From the NCBI GenBank assembly GCA_905233525.1, contig CAJOEW010000009.1, positions 11,898 through 75,897 of the forward strand: a stretch of DNA of 64,000 nt, read 5' to 3'. The position numbers and the translations under genes are program-made. The stretch's first letter is position 1; the number at the start of each line of letters is the position of its first letter. The notes beneath the pieces are model-generated. The model was not told where the DNA came from. It worked only from the letters and a program-made list of their open reading frames with translations, and searched no databases. Positions 36,156-46,605 of the stretch are shown here, one piece after another. The stretch comes from an uncultured Synergistales bacterium (GTDB lineage: Bacteria > Synergistota > Synergistia > Synergistales > Aminobacteriaceae).

Positions 36156-36606
36156 TGAATATTTCATGACGCAGGCAATTCATCAAGCTTTGCTCTCACG
36201 TGAACGCGGTGATGTTCCGATCGGTGCTGTTATTATAAATTCGGCTGGAATAATAATCGGCTCCGGCAATGACGAAAAAAAACATGATCCTACAGCTCAC
36301 GCCGAAATAACCGCGATAAGAGAATGCGCACGAAAATTAAATAACTGGAATTTGCATGGCTGTACTATGTATGTAACTGTTGAGCCTTGCCCAATGTGTG
36401 CCGGCGCTTGTGTAAATTCCAGACTCTCAAAAATCGTTTACGGCGCTAAAAATTACAAGTCAGGCGCTGGCGGAACGTTGTTTAATATTTTGAATGACTC
36501 AAGATTAAATCATCGCTGTGAAATAAAATCAGGCGTTCTTGAAAATGAATGTTTAAAATTATTGCAGGATTATTTTTATAACAGGCGAGCTAAAAAAATA
36601 TCATGA
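36145..36606 (+). CDS. tadA: tRNA adenosine(34) deaminase
   Basis: The CDA zinc motifs HAE and PCPMCAGA are present. Length is 153 aa. Confidence 0.88.
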   Translation: MMTDEYFMTQAIHQALLSRERGDVPIGAVIINSAGIIIGSGNDEKKHDPTAHAEITAIRECARKLNNWNLHGCTMYVTVEPCPMCAGACVNSRLSKIVYGAKNYKSGAGGTLFNILNDSRLNHRCEIKSGVLENECLKLLQDYFYNRRAKKIS

Positions 36607-38321
36607 TCCAGAAATGCTCTAAAGATAATCTTAAGATTTTCGCTCATCCCACTCCTGAAACAAAAAAACTTGCTGATATTCTGGAATGTTCCGAATTAAC
36701 AGCAGGCGTTCTTGAAATGCTGCGAGGCTCTTCAGATCTTGAAATCCTTCGTGAATGGATTAAACCGGATTTTAAAAAGCAGATGCAAAATTTAAATTTA
36801 GGTGAAGCCGGCGAAAATGCTAAAAAATTATGGAACTCTAAAAGCTCATTCGGTAATGTCTTAGTATACGGCGATTACGATACCGACGGCGTTTGCTCTA
36901 CAGTTCTTGCGATGGAAATATTCAGGAATAAAGCCGCGCAATTCAGATATTTTATTCCTAAAAGAGATGTTCACGGTTACGGATTGAACGCTGATATACT
37001 CGAAAAAATTGCCCGTATAGGTTGTAATACGCTGGTTGTTGTTGACTGCGGTACGAACGATTCAAAAATGTTATCGCAATTACAATCAGCAGGCGTTAAA
37101 AATATTTTCGTCTTCGATCATCATGAAGTTTCAACGGAGATAACTATACCGACGATCGTTAATCCTTATAATGCCGGCGGCGCTCATGATAATGAAAATA
37201 ATGACAACACCCAAAAATTATGCGCGACTGCTGTTTTATGGTGCTGGGCATGGAACGCTGAAATAATCCCTCACGAACGTTTAAAATATGATGTCGATCT
37301 TGTCGCTTTAGCTACGATAGCCGATTGTATGCCGCTGAACAGTCTTAATAGATCGCTTGTACGTTACGGACTTCATTTAATGCGAAATAATCCTCGGCGA
37401 GGTTTAAAAGCTCTGTTTGAATGTTTAGGGATCAACCGCGAACAATTATCAGAGGAACATTTATCAATGAGAGTTATACCGTGTATAAATGCTCCCGGGA
37501 GAATTTCGAGCGCTGATATTTCTGTGAGGGCATTGATCGGCGCTGGAAATAATGAGGCTGTGTACTCATGTGTGAATGATTTAATGAGGACTAACCGCAA
37601 GCGGCAATCATTAACTGAAAATATCGTACGTGAAATTGATGACGGCATAAATAATAATTCAGGGCATATCGATCAAAAAGTCATGTTTAATTCTTCTTGG
37701 CCTATTGGTGTTTTAAGCGGAGTTGCGAGCCGGATTTGTGCACAATACAACAGGCCGATCGCTTTAGCTTCACAAGTAAATAAAGATATTATACGAGGAA
37801 CATTAAGAGTTCCTGAAGGCGGTAACGCATTTAATATTCTTGAAAGAATTTCTGACAGGCTCGACGCTTGGGGAGGTCATAAATACGCCGCCGGATTCTC
37901 TGTTTTAATAAAGAATTGGCCTTCAGTTAAAAACATGCTTGAGGAAATGCTGAATAACATCGAAATTCAAAACTCAGATACAACGCCCGTAATAAGTATT
38001 GCGCCGTCGGATATAACTTTATCGGACTGGAAGGCTATAACAGAGCTTGGGCCTTTTGGAAATGATAATCCCTCACCTAAATTTTACACAGGCATGAATT
38101 TATCAGCTACGGAAATAAACCCGCTGGGTAAAGATAATCGGCACAGTTATATAAAATTGCGTAACGCTAAATTATTGGCATTCGGCACGCCTGTACCTGA
38201 TGTTGTTCGTGATATAAATAAAATTCGCGGTTGGGTATATCATCCCAGATTAGATTACTGGCAAAACCGTGAACAGCTTCAATTTATTTTGGACTATGCT
38301 GTAATTGAAGGCGGTGAATAA
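36603..38321 (+). CDS. recJ: single-stranded-DNA-specific exonuclease RecJ
   Basis: The DHH family motifs VYGDYDTDGV and FDHH are present. The start forms an ATGA overlap with the tadA stop. Confidence 0.88.
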   Translation: MIQKCSKDNLKIFAHPTPETKKLADILECSELTAGVLEMLRGSSDLEILREWIKPDFKKQMQNLNLGEAGENAKKLWNSKSSFGNVLVYGDYDTDGVCSTVLAMEIFRNKAAQFRYFIPKRDVHGYGLNADILEKIARIGCNTLVVVDCGTNDSKMLSQLQSAGVKNIFVFDHHEVSTEITIPTIVNPYNAGGAHDNENNDNTQKLCATAVLWCWAWNAEIIPHERLKYDVDLVALATIADCMPLNSLNRSLVRYGLHLMRNNPRRGLKALFECLGINREQLSEEHLSMRVIPCINAPGRISSADISVRALIGAGNNEAVYSCVNDLMRTNRKRQSLTENIVREIDDGINNNSGHIDQKVMFNSSWPIGVLSGVASRICAQYNRPIALASQVNKDIIRGTLRVPEGGNAFNILERISDRLDAWGGHKYAAGFSVLIKNWPSVKNMLEEMLNNIEIQNSDTTPVISIAPSDITLSDWKAITELGPFGNDNPSPKFYTGMNLSATEINPLGKDNRHSYIKLRNAKLLAFGTPVPDVVRDINKIRGWVYHPRLDYWQNREQLQFILDYAVIEGGE

Positions 38322-38324
38322 ATT

Positions 38325-40643
38325 TTGGCTTTATCTACAGATATTTCTTCAATAATGAACACGTTGCCGTCGCTTGAAGATAATTCGGCTAATTATATTC
38401 GCGACATGGCCAAGCTAAGAGATGATTTCTTTTCAAAAATTCCTGAGTGTGAACAAACAGAAACAGTACGAACAGTTTGGCAGAACCTTTGGGCAAAAGC
38501 TATGATCACTCTTACGCCTGAACAAATGAATAAATTAGGCGGAGCTTTTGTATTTGCTGCAGAAGCTCATAAAGATCAAAAACGTAAATCCGGCGATCCT
38601 TATATTATTCATGTTTTGAGCGCGGCTTTAATTCTTGCTGGAATGCGTTTTGACATGGCCACATTAGAAGCTGCGTTATTACATGACACACTTGAAGACA
38701 CAAACACAACAAGCGAAGAGCTTCAGGAAAAATTCGGCTCTGATGTTGAAATGCTTGTTAAAGGCGTTACGAAATTAGCCGGCGATGAAGTTAAAAAATT
38801 TATGTCGCGTGAAGATCTGACCGGTGAAAATTTAAGGCGTATGTTTATCGTTATGGCGCGTGATATTCGAGTCGTGTTAATAAAACTTGCTGACAGGTTA
38901 CATAATATGCGCACGCTTGATGTTATGGCACCTGAGAAACAAAAAAGAATCGCACGCGAAACAATGGAAATATATGCGCCTCTTGCTCATAAGCTCGGAA
39001 TATATCAACTGAAACGTGAACTCGAAGATCTTTCATTCATGTATTTACACCCTGATTTATATAACGAGATCAAAGACCGCGTAAAAAAACGTATGCCGGA
39101 AATGGAGAGCGTAATTAAAAAAGCTATTGAAGTTCTCGAAAAACGTTTGCAAAAGGATAATATACCCTGCAGAATAAAAGGACGTTCAAAACATTATTAC
39201 AGCATATACGAAAAAATGCAGCGCAAAAAATTATCGTTCGATGAGCTTTATGATATTTTGGCCGTTCGTGTTTTAGTTTCGGACGTTTCGACGTGTTATG
39301 CTGTTCTCGGAATCGTTCACGCGCTTTGGGTTCCTGTGCCTGGTCAATTTGATGATTACATAGCGCAGCCTAAAAGCAACATGTATCAATCTTTACATAC
39401 AACAGTAATGGCTTTCGGCGTTCCTTTGGAAGTTCAAATACGTACTCACGAGATGAATAACTTAGCTGAATACGGTATCGCTGCTCACTGGTTATATAAA
39501 TCCGGCGGAAGTAAATTAAAAGGTCTTGACGCTCGCTTAATGTGGATAAGACAAGCTCTTGAAGCCGGCCAAGATGATAATAACTCAGGCGAATTTATGG
39601 ACGTTCTTAAAAGCGATATATTATTAACAAGTGAAGTATATGTCTTCACGCCTCAAGGAAAGCCCATGATATTGCCGAACGGCTCAACGATTTTAGACTT
39701 TGCTTACGCTGTTCATACTGAGATCGGAAATCATTGTGTAGGAGCTACAATAAACGGCCGTATAGTTCCATTGAATACGCAGTTACATAACGGCGACAGA
39801 ATAAATATATTAACTTCACCTCAAGGCTCGCCGTCGAAAGACTGGTTAAGAATCGTAAGTTCAGGCAAAACACGCAGCAAGATCCGAAATTATTTCAAGC
39901 AGGCCGAAAAATTAGATCGTGATGAAAAATTAGAACGCGGCTGGAAATTGATCGAACGTGAATTACGCGCGCGAGGTCTTTTAGATGTAACGCACGATGA
40001 TTTTAATGACATATTTAATAATATCGACGAACAGTTAATCGCAGTAGGTTCAGGAAGTCAAAACGCTAAAGAGACCGCACAGAAATTAGCTTTAATATAT
40101 TTACAGCATCATACGCCTACAGCTCCGTTAGTTCCGATTGTGCAGGCAGATACTATCACTCAAACACACAGAAAACGCGACAGCAAATCACCTGTTCTTG
40201 TTGAAGGTGAAAGCGGCGTGAGTGTTGTTTTAGCAAATTGCTGCAGTCCTGTACCTGGTGACGAGATCATGGGATTTTCCACGAACAGGCGCGGAATTAC
40301 TATTCACAGAGTCGGCTGCACAAGCATAAATTACGAACGCGAAAAGGCCGCCGGCAGAATAATAAATGTTTCATGGGCGCAAGCTGATCCGATTTTATCA
40401 AACAGTACTTTATATATAGCGAGACTGAAAGCTGAAGGAGTCGACCGCGATGAATTGATAACTGACGCTACAAAAGCAATCGGACTCGCTGGCGGGAGCA
40501 TTGTAGGAATAAAAGCTACTATGGTTGGTAACAGCTTAATGCGTATGAAAATCGAAGTGCGCGTGAAAAATCTTGAGCATTTATATTCAGTCATGGCCAG
40601 ATTAAATGAAGTCCGCGGTATTATGGAAGTCATAAGAGGGTGA
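38325..40643 (+). CDS. rel: bifunctional (p)ppGpp synthetase/hydrolase (RelA/SpoT family)
   Basis: Contains the HD domain (HDTLEDT), a synthetase region (YQSLHTTV) and TGS/ACT-like C-terminal regions. The protein is 772 aa with a TTG start. Confidence 0.9.
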   Translation: MALSTDISSIMNTLPSLEDNSANYIRDMAKLRDDFFSKIPECEQTETVRTVWQNLWAKAMITLTPEQMNKLGGAFVFAAEAHKDQKRKSGDPYIIHVLSAALILAGMRFDMATLEAALLHDTLEDTNTTSEELQEKFGSDVEMLVKGVTKLAGDEVKKFMSREDLTGENLRRMFIVMARDIRVVLIKLADRLHNMRTLDVMAPEKQKRIARETMEIYAPLAHKLGIYQLKRELEDLSFMYLHPDLYNEIKDRVKKRMPEMESVIKKAIEVLEKRLQKDNIPCRIKGRSKHYYSIYEKMQRKKLSFDELYDILAVRVLVSDVSTCYAVLGIVHALWVPVPGQFDDYIAQPKSNMYQSLHTTVMAFGVPLEVQIRTHEMNNLAEYGIAAHWLYKSGGSKLKGLDARLMWIRQALEAGQDDNNSGEFMDVLKSDILLTSEVYVFTPQGKPMILPNGSTILDFAYAVHTEIGNHCVGATINGRIVPLNTQLHNGDRINILTSPQGSPSKDWLRIVSSGKTRSKIRNYFKQAEKLDRDEKLERGWKLIERELRARGLLDVTHDDFNDIFNNIDEQLIAVGSGSQNAKETAQKLALIYLQHHTPTAPLVPIVQADTITQTHRKRDSKSPVLVEGESGVSVVLANCCSPVPGDEIMGFSTNRRGITIHRVGCTSINYEREKAAGRIINVSWAQADPILSNSTLYIARLKAEGVDRDELITDATKAIGLAGGSIVGIKATMVGNSLMRMKIEVRVKNLEHLYSVMARLNEVRGIMEVIRG

Positions 40644-40654
40644 AATTTTCATAA

Positions 40655-41125
40655 ATGAGACTATTAGTACAACGTGTTAAGCGTGCGTCAGTGATAATAA
40701 ACGGCGTTGAAAAGCGTAATATTTCCCGCGGCATGTGTATATTTTTCGGAGTTACTCACGGTGATAACGAAGCCGGCGCGGATTGGTTAGTTAAAAAAAT
40801 TTCAGGCTTAAGAATTTTCAACGATAACGACGGCAAAATAAACCTGTCAATGAATGATATCAACGGCGAATTTTTAATCGTGTCGCAATTTTCGTTATAC
40901 GCTTCATGTTCACACGGACGCAGGCCAAGTTTTACGGACGCAGCACAACCTGACGAAGCAGAAAAATTATATGATTACTTCGTTGAAAAAATGCGTTCTG
41001 TAAATATTGCGAATAAGATTATTACCGGTGAATTTGGCGCAGATATGGAAGTTGAAATAATAAATGACGGTCCTTTAACGTTTATAATAGACGCTCCTAA
41101 AATTGGAGGTATTGAGAAAATTTGA
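40655..41125 (+). CDS. dtd: D-aminoacyl-tRNA deacylase
   Basis: The N-terminus MRLLVQRVKRASV and the SQFSLYA...GRRPSF motif are present. Confidence 0.88.
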   Translation: MRLLVQRVKRASVIINGVEKRNISRGMCIFFGVTHGDNEAGADWLVKKISGLRIFNDNDGKINLSMNDINGEFLIVSQFSLYASCSHGRRPSFTDAAQPDEAEKLYDYFVEKMRSVNIANKIITGEFGADMEVEIINDGPLTFIIDAPKIGGIEKI

Positions 41126-41766
41126 TGAACTATAAAAATTTTTCGCTCGGCGAATTATGGACTAACGGCTATTTATTTTGGGATGATTATACGCGTAATG
41201 CTTTTTTTATAGATCCGGGCGGTAATATGTCCGATGTATTGAGTTATCTTCAAGTTCATGATCTGAATTTAAAAATGATATTACTGACTCACGGTCATAT
41301 TGATCACATCGCCGGAATTCCTGATATAGAAAATAAAAATCTCGTTGGCGATGAAATTTACGTACATCATAATGACGCATGGATGTTAACAAATCCGCCG
41401 GAAGATCTGCAATCATTGTTAAATGTTCATTTCGGAGCGATTACGAATTTTAAAGAGTTGAATCCCAAACAAATGATCACGTTTGACAGCTTTAAAATTA
41501 AAATTATTGAAACACCAGGCCATACAGAAGGCAGCGTATGTTTTTTAATAACGGACGCACAAGATCATAAGGTCTTAATTTCCGGTGATACTTTATTTGC
41601 TCAGAGTGTAGGACGTACAGATTTGCAGGGCGGAGATTATTACAAGCTTGAGCAGTCATTAAAACTATTAAGCACATTGCCGGATAATTTACGCGTTTTG
41701 CCTGGACATGGATCAACTACTACGATCGGCACTGAACGCGATTTAAATCCTTATTGGCCAAGATAG
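41122..41766 (+). CDS. MBL-fold metallo-hydrolase
   Basis: Contains the HxHxDH motif (THGHIDHIAG). An alternative start is ATG 41125, which overlaps the dtd stop by 1 nt. Confidence 0.8.
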   Translation: MMNYKNFSLGELWTNGYLFWDDYTRNAFFIDPGGNMSDVLSYLQVHDLNLKMILLTHGHIDHIAGIPDIENKNLVGDEIYVHHNDAWMLTNPPEDLQSLLNVHFGAITNFKELNPKQMITFDSFKIKIIETPGHTEGSVCFLITDAQDHKVLISGDTLFAQSVGRTDLQGGDYYKLEQSLKLLSTLPDNLRVLPGHGSTTTIGTERDLNPYWPR

Positions 41767-41783
41767 GAGAATTATAAAAAAAT

Positions 41784-42836
41784 ATGTTCAAACATTTTTC
41801 AGGAATATTAGGTCTTGATGTTGGAATCGATTTAGGTTCTGCAAATATAGTCGTTTATGTCAAAGATAAAGGAATAGTTTTGAGCGAGCCTTCAGCCGTT
41901 GCAGTAAGAAAATTACCGCGCAGTAAAGGACTCGAAGTTATAGCCGTTGGCCATGATGCTAAGGCTATGTCCGGAAAAGTGCCTGACGGCGTGGAAGCTA
42001 TATGGCCTCTTCGTGACGGAGTGATCGCAAATTTTGACATGACTGAAGAATTGATTAAATATTGTCTCAAACGCGTGAGCGGTAATGGAAATTTTGTACA
42101 TCCTCGCGTTGTGATTTCAGTTCCGGCAGAAGTTACAGAGGTTGAGCGCAAAGCCGTCGTTGATGCAACATTAGGAGCAGGAGCAAGCGAAGCATACGTT
42201 GTTGAAGAACCTATAAGCGCTGCTCTTGGAGTCGGACTTCCAATTGATAAGCCTAACGGCTGCATGATAATTGATATCGGCGGCGGCACAAGTGAAGTAA
42301 GCGTAATATCATTAGGCGGAATCGTCGTAACAAGTTCATTAAGAACAGCCGGCAAAATGATGGACAATGCAATTATTGCAATGATTCGACAGCGTTACGC
42401 ATTGCTAATCGGTGAAACGACAGCCGAAGAAGTTAAGAATACAATCGGATCAGCACTGCCTTTAAATCCTGAACTTGAAATGAACGTAAAAGGCCGTGAT
42501 CTTTCAGCAGGCTTACCAAAAAGCGATAAAGTATCTTCCGTTGAAGTTCGTGAGGCCATGGAACCAATATTTACAGGTATTGAAGACATGGTAAAAGTGG
42601 CGTTGGAAAAAATGCCTCCGGAATTAGCTAAAGATGTCGTTGACAGAGGCGTTATTTTAACCGGCGGTGTAGCTTTAATGCGAGGCTTTGACGAAAGATT
42701 ATCACGCGCTATAAATACTCCTGTTATAGTTTCTGAACAGCCTTTATATTCCGTTGCTTTAGGAGTCGGGAAAATTTTGGACAATCTTGGAACAATGCGC
42801 CGTGCAATATTTTCAGTTGAGCGCGGTTCACGTTAA
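41784..42836 (+). CDS. mreB: rod shape-determining protein MreB
   Basis: This is an actin-like ATPase with the motifs IDLGSANIVVY and IIDIGGGTSEV. Confidence 0.93.
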   Translation: MFKHFSGILGLDVGIDLGSANIVVYVKDKGIVLSEPSAVAVRKLPRSKGLEVIAVGHDAKAMSGKVPDGVEAIWPLRDGVIANFDMTEELIKYCLKRVSGNGNFVHPRVVISVPAEVTEVERKAVVDATLGAGASEAYVVEEPISAALGVGLPIDKPNGCMIIDIGGGTSEVSVISLGGIVVTSSLRTAGKMMDNAIIAMIRQRYALLIGETTAEEVKNTIGSALPLNPELEMNVKGRDLSAGLPKSDKVSSVEVREAMEPIFTGIEDMVKVALEKMPPELAKDVVDRGVILTGGVALMRGFDERLSRAINTPVIVSEQPLYSVALGVGKILDNLGTMRRAIFSVERGSR

Positions 42837-42850
42837 TAAAACGCTCTTGA

Positions 42851-43615
42851 ATGGACAATAAGCACACTGTAGAGTTAATACACGGCCTGACAGCTTTAAT
42901 ATTAGGATTATTTTTGCTCGGTGTAAGTTCAGGACTAGGAATAACAAAAAGCATCGTTGATATTTGGGCGGCTGCGTTGCTTGTTCCAGAATATCCGGCT
43001 GTTGTTCTGCGTGATCTTTATTTAGATTGGCAGTCGTATTCAAATGACAGAGATTTTTTAAATGCCGAAGTTAAACGCCTGCGTGATGAGAATTCGGAAT
43101 TAAGACGCGAGCTTTCAAAATTAACGAACGCGAAAATTTTAGAATCGACAAATAAAAAAAATGTCCGTGCTGCCAGAGTAAATTTACGTGCGCCGTTAGC
43201 ATGGTGGGACGAAATCAGAATCGACCGCGGAAGCAATGACGGAATAATTTTAGGTCTTCCTGTTTTCAGCAATGGATATCTTGTCGGACGAGTCAGCAAT
43301 GTTTCTTTATTGTCATCATGGGTAGAGCTTATTACTTCATCATCGTTTATGATACCTGCTGTTATTGAAGAGACTCGCGAGCTTGGAATAATTGCAGGCG
43401 GAGGAGATGGAAGCGTGTTATTAAAATATATCCCTGCAGGACGCGGACTTATGAACGGAATGACAGTCAGTACAGCTTTAGTAGGAGAACAATTAGCACC
43501 AGGACTTCCAATCGGGATAATTTCAGGAGAGGTTGAAAATTCTGCTGATGGTTATGTTACGTATAGAATTTCTCCAGGTGCGAAATTAACAAGAGTTTAC
43601 AGCGTGGATTTTTAA
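42851..43615 (+). CDS. mreC: rod shape-determining protein MreC
   Basis: It has an N-terminal TM, a coiled coil (EVKRLRDENSELRREL) and a beta-rich C-terminus. It lies between mreB and mreD. Confidence 0.85.
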   Translation: MDNKHTVELIHGLTALILGLFLLGVSSGLGITKSIVDIWAAALLVPEYPAVVLRDLYLDWQSYSNDRDFLNAEVKRLRDENSELRRELSKLTNAKILESTNKKNVRAARVNLRAPLAWWDEIRIDRGSNDGIILGLPVFSNGYLVGRVSNVSLLSSWVELITSSSFMIPAVIEETRELGIIAGGGDGSVLLKYIPAGRGLMNGMTVSTALVGEQLAPGLPIGIISGEVENSADGYVTYRISPGAKLTRVYSVDF

Positions 43616-43621
43616 GAAAAA

Positions 43622-44092
43622 ATGTTTTTTGTTTTTTTATGGCTTGTTCAGGATTTAATCACGGTTTTTGCGGGAGGTAGTGCCAGAGTTCCGCAATTAT
43701 TTATACTAGGACTTGTTTACGGAATAATAACAGATGAACGCGATGAAATAAAATTATCGGCTATATGGGCATCATTTGCAGGCGGAATATTATGGGATCT
43801 GCGTTGGGTCGGCGTGCCTGGATTTTTCACAATCGGATATGTTTTAGTTACGTTAATCGTTATTCATATATGGAACTTAATACCTCCTCAAGGCCGTTCA
43901 TCCGGTACAGGCTGGATCGTTTTTGTAATGCTGGAGCTTTCGCAAATAATACCGCCGTTATTTCCAGTTTTGATATTAGGCGGAGCGACCGGTTTACATT
44001 TTTTTGTCGGTCAGCAGTTTTATTCATTACCTGTAATAATATTCTGTATGTACTTGCGCGCCGTAAAAATGAAAAACGAGAACAACCCTTAA
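43622..44092 (+). CDS. mreD: rod shape-determining protein MreD
   Basis: This is a 156-aa polytopic membrane protein located after mreC. Confidence 0.75.
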   Translation: MFFVFLWLVQDLITVFAGGSARVPQLFILGLVYGIITDERDEIKLSAIWASFAGGILWDLRWVGVPGFFTIGYVLVTLIVIHIWNLIPPQGRSSGTGWIVFVMLELSQIIPPLFPVLILGGATGLHFFVGQQFYSLPVIIFCMYLRAVKMKNENNP

Positions 44093-44105
44093 AAATTATT
44101 CGATT

Positions 44106-45818
44106 ATGGAAATATTAGACAGCAGACTAAAATTTTTTTTATATTCAATAGCGTTATCATTCGTAATTTTATTCATAGGTCTTTACACGTGTCAGATCTA
44201 TCACGGCGATAAATATGTCAGTTTAGCTTACAGTAATAGATTGCGTTTGATTCGTTATGCTGCGCCGCGCGGTGAAATATTTGACCGCAATGGAGTGCCG
44301 CTCGCTGTGAATGAAACTACTTTCAGCATTATGGGATATCCTTTAGATCTTGAAAAGGTTGATAAATTAGAAAACCTCTCGCGCATTCTTAAACGTCATG
44401 GTATTCCTATGAGCGTAAATGATTTGCAAAAGACTATTAAACAGCAGCGATTAGCACCTTACAGAGCGATGAATATCATACCGAATTTAACTATGTCTCA
44501 AATGGCTGATTTAATTGCCGATGTTGAATTCCCTAAAGAATTATTCCCTATGAGTGTTTGGCGCAGAACATATCCGGCCGGAAATATCGTAGCGAATATT
44601 TTGGGATATGTCAGCGAAATTTCAGAAAGCGAGCTTGAAGAATACACCGAAAAAGGTTACATGGGAGGCGACACGATCGGCAAAACAGGAATTGAAAGAT
44701 CTTACGAGGAAATTTTAAGAGGTAAACCAGGTCAGGAGGCTTTGGAAGTTGACGCGCGAGGCAGAAAAATCAGAACGCTCGATCTAAATTCTGCAGTCAA
44801 AGGAAATGATTTAACACTTACTCTTGATATGGGCGCTCAACGTTTGGCCGTGAGTTTGATAAAAAATCATAAAGGCGCGCTCTTAGCTATGGACGTTCAA
44901 ACCGGTGCTATATTGGCTTTAGCTTCGAGTCCTGTTTATGATAACAATCCTTTAACATGGGGAGTATCTGGACGCGAATGGAATGAGATAATAAATAATC
45001 CTGACAGGCCAATGCTTGATCGTGCGATTGCCGGTTTATATCCTCCTGCCAGCACTTTTAAGGCTTTTATGTCTGTAGCAGCTCTTGAAGAAAACGCTAT
45101 AAATCAATCAACTGTTTACGTATGCAGAGGCGGCTTAAGAGTCGGCTCTCATTTTTTTAAATGTTGGCGGCACAGCGGTCACGGAAGCTTAAATGTAATC
45201 GGAGGCTTGCAGCATTCTTGCGACGTATTTTTTTATCAGACAGGTTTAAGAACGGGAATCGATAAGCTTGTAAAATGGGCGCGTAAATTTCATTTTGGAG
45301 AATTGACAGGAATTGATTTACCAGGCGAGCGATCCGGATTGTTAGCCAGTCCTGAATGGAAAATGAGAAGATTCAAAAACGGCTGGATGAATGGCGACAC
45401 CGTAAATTATTCTATCGGTCAAGGTTATGTTTTAATGACTCCTATACAAATCGCAAGGACATATGCAGCAATTGCTAACGGAGGAAAATTGGTAACGCCT
45501 CATTTAAATAAAGCCGGCTATAAAAAACCTGAAGACATAGGCATAAATCCTGATAAGCTTGCGATCGTTCAAAAGGGACTCGATTACGTTGTCAGCCGCG
45601 GTACAGGAGCAAGAGCCGGACGTTTTGGAGTCAGCATAGCCGGCAAAACAGGAACAGCTCAAAATTCACACGGAGCCGACCACGCATTATTTGCAGGTTA
45701 CGCGCCTGTTGATAATCCTAGATATGTAGCCGTCGCCGTCGTTGAAGCAGGACGATCAGGAAGCGGAACAGCAGCGCCCATGGTAGGACAATTATTAGCG
45801 CATTTGTTAAGCCATTAA
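44106..45818 (+). CDS. mrdA: penicillin-binding protein 2 (elongasome transpeptidase)
   Basis: The motifs ASTFK and KTGTA are present, along with an N-terminal TM. It lies between mreD and the min genes. Confidence 0.88.
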   Translation: MEILDSRLKFFLYSIALSFVILFIGLYTCQIYHGDKYVSLAYSNRLRLIRYAAPRGEIFDRNGVPLAVNETTFSIMGYPLDLEKVDKLENLSRILKRHGIPMSVNDLQKTIKQQRLAPYRAMNIIPNLTMSQMADLIADVEFPKELFPMSVWRRTYPAGNIVANILGYVSEISESELEEYTEKGYMGGDTIGKTGIERSYEEILRGKPGQEALEVDARGRKIRTLDLNSAVKGNDLTLTLDMGAQRLAVSLIKNHKGALLAMDVQTGAILALASSPVYDNNPLTWGVSGREWNEIINNPDRPMLDRAIAGLYPPASTFKAFMSVAALEENAINQSTVYVCRGGLRVGSHFFKCWRHSGHGSLNVIGGLQHSCDVFFYQTGLRTGIDKLVKWARKFHFGELTGIDLPGERSGLLASPEWKMRRFKNGWMNGDTVNYSIGQGYVLMTPIQIARTYAAIANGGKLVTPHLNKAGYKKPEDIGINPDKLAIVQKGLDYVVSRGTGARAGRFGVSIAGKTGTAQNSHGADHALFAGYAPVDNPRYVAVAVVEAGRSGSGTAAPMVGQLLAHLLSH

Positions 45819-45841
45819 AAAAAATAATATAAAATACGCAC

Positions 45842-46603
45842 ATGAAAATATTATCAATATTGGCAAGACTTAAAAAAACAGAAGCTCAGATTAAAATCGA
45901 AAGGACTCACTACGGAATAAAATTTTATTTGCCTGAAAATGTAAGTGAGGACGATCTTTTAAAGACTCTTGCTGGAATACCTGCCGGAGTTTATAAACTT
46001 CCTGACAATGAAGGACTTGCGCTTGATTTTCAGTCTCGTAAATGTTCAGGCAAGCTTGTTTTAAAATTATTTGCAGGGCTTATTTGGCGGAGCGGTATAA
46101 AAATTATTGCCTGGCTTTCATCTGATGATGATACAAGAAAATTATTTAAGCTGTCAGGTTTTAATACAATAGAGCCGGCTCAGGAAATAAATTTACAAAC
46201 TGCGCCTGTCTTAAATGAAAACGCTGACGAATCTGAAAATAATAATTATCCAGGCTGGAAAATACTTTATAATTCCCTGCGTTCCGGTCAGCGTATCGAA
46301 ACTGAAGGAGATGTTTTGCTGTGGGGACATTTGAACGCCGGCGCGGAAATTTCAGCAGGAGGAAGTGTTATTGTAGCCGGTAAGATGCACGGAATAGTAC
46401 ACGCCGGAGCATTTGGAAGAGAAGATGTTTTTATCTGGGCAGGAACTTTTGAAACGCCTCAGGTAAGAATAGCTAATAAATTATGTTATGCGGATAAACA
46501 GTCGACTAAAGGCTGGTTAAAGAGCGTTTTAATAACTTTAGAAGCTGGAACGCCTTTAATCCGCGAAGATAAATTCATTAAACCACGAACGGAGGATAAA
46601 TAA
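45842..46603 (+). CDS. minC: septum site-determining protein MinC
   Basis: The C-terminal beta-helix pattern is present (SGQRIETEGDVLLWGHLNAGAEISAGGSVIVAGKMHG). minD follows. Confidence 0.85.
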   Translation: MKILSILARLKKTEAQIKIERTHYGIKFYLPENVSEDDLLKTLAGIPAGVYKLPDNEGLALDFQSRKCSGKLVLKLFAGLIWRSGIKIIAWLSSDDDTRKLFKLSGFNTIEPAQEINLQTAPVLNENADESENNNYPGWKILYNSLRSGQRIETEGDVLLWGHLNAGAEISAGGSVIVAGKMHGIVHAGAFGREDVFIWAGTFETPQVRIANKLCYADKQSTKGWLKSVLITLEAGTPLIREDKFIKPRTEDK

Positions 46604-46605
46604 TT

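Noticed and set aside
41855-42784. Long antisense ORFs (170 aa and 129 aa) opposite mreB. Similar antisense ORFs lie opposite motA (17359-17685), the alpha-2-macroglobulin gene (10187-10627), glgA (60222-60632) and rng (52075-52455).
   Set aside because: Each lies entirely inside a strongly conserved, motif-bearing gene on the other strand. Each has no SD and encodes low-complexity Ser/Thr/Pro/Ile-rich sequence typical of the reverse frame of real genes.
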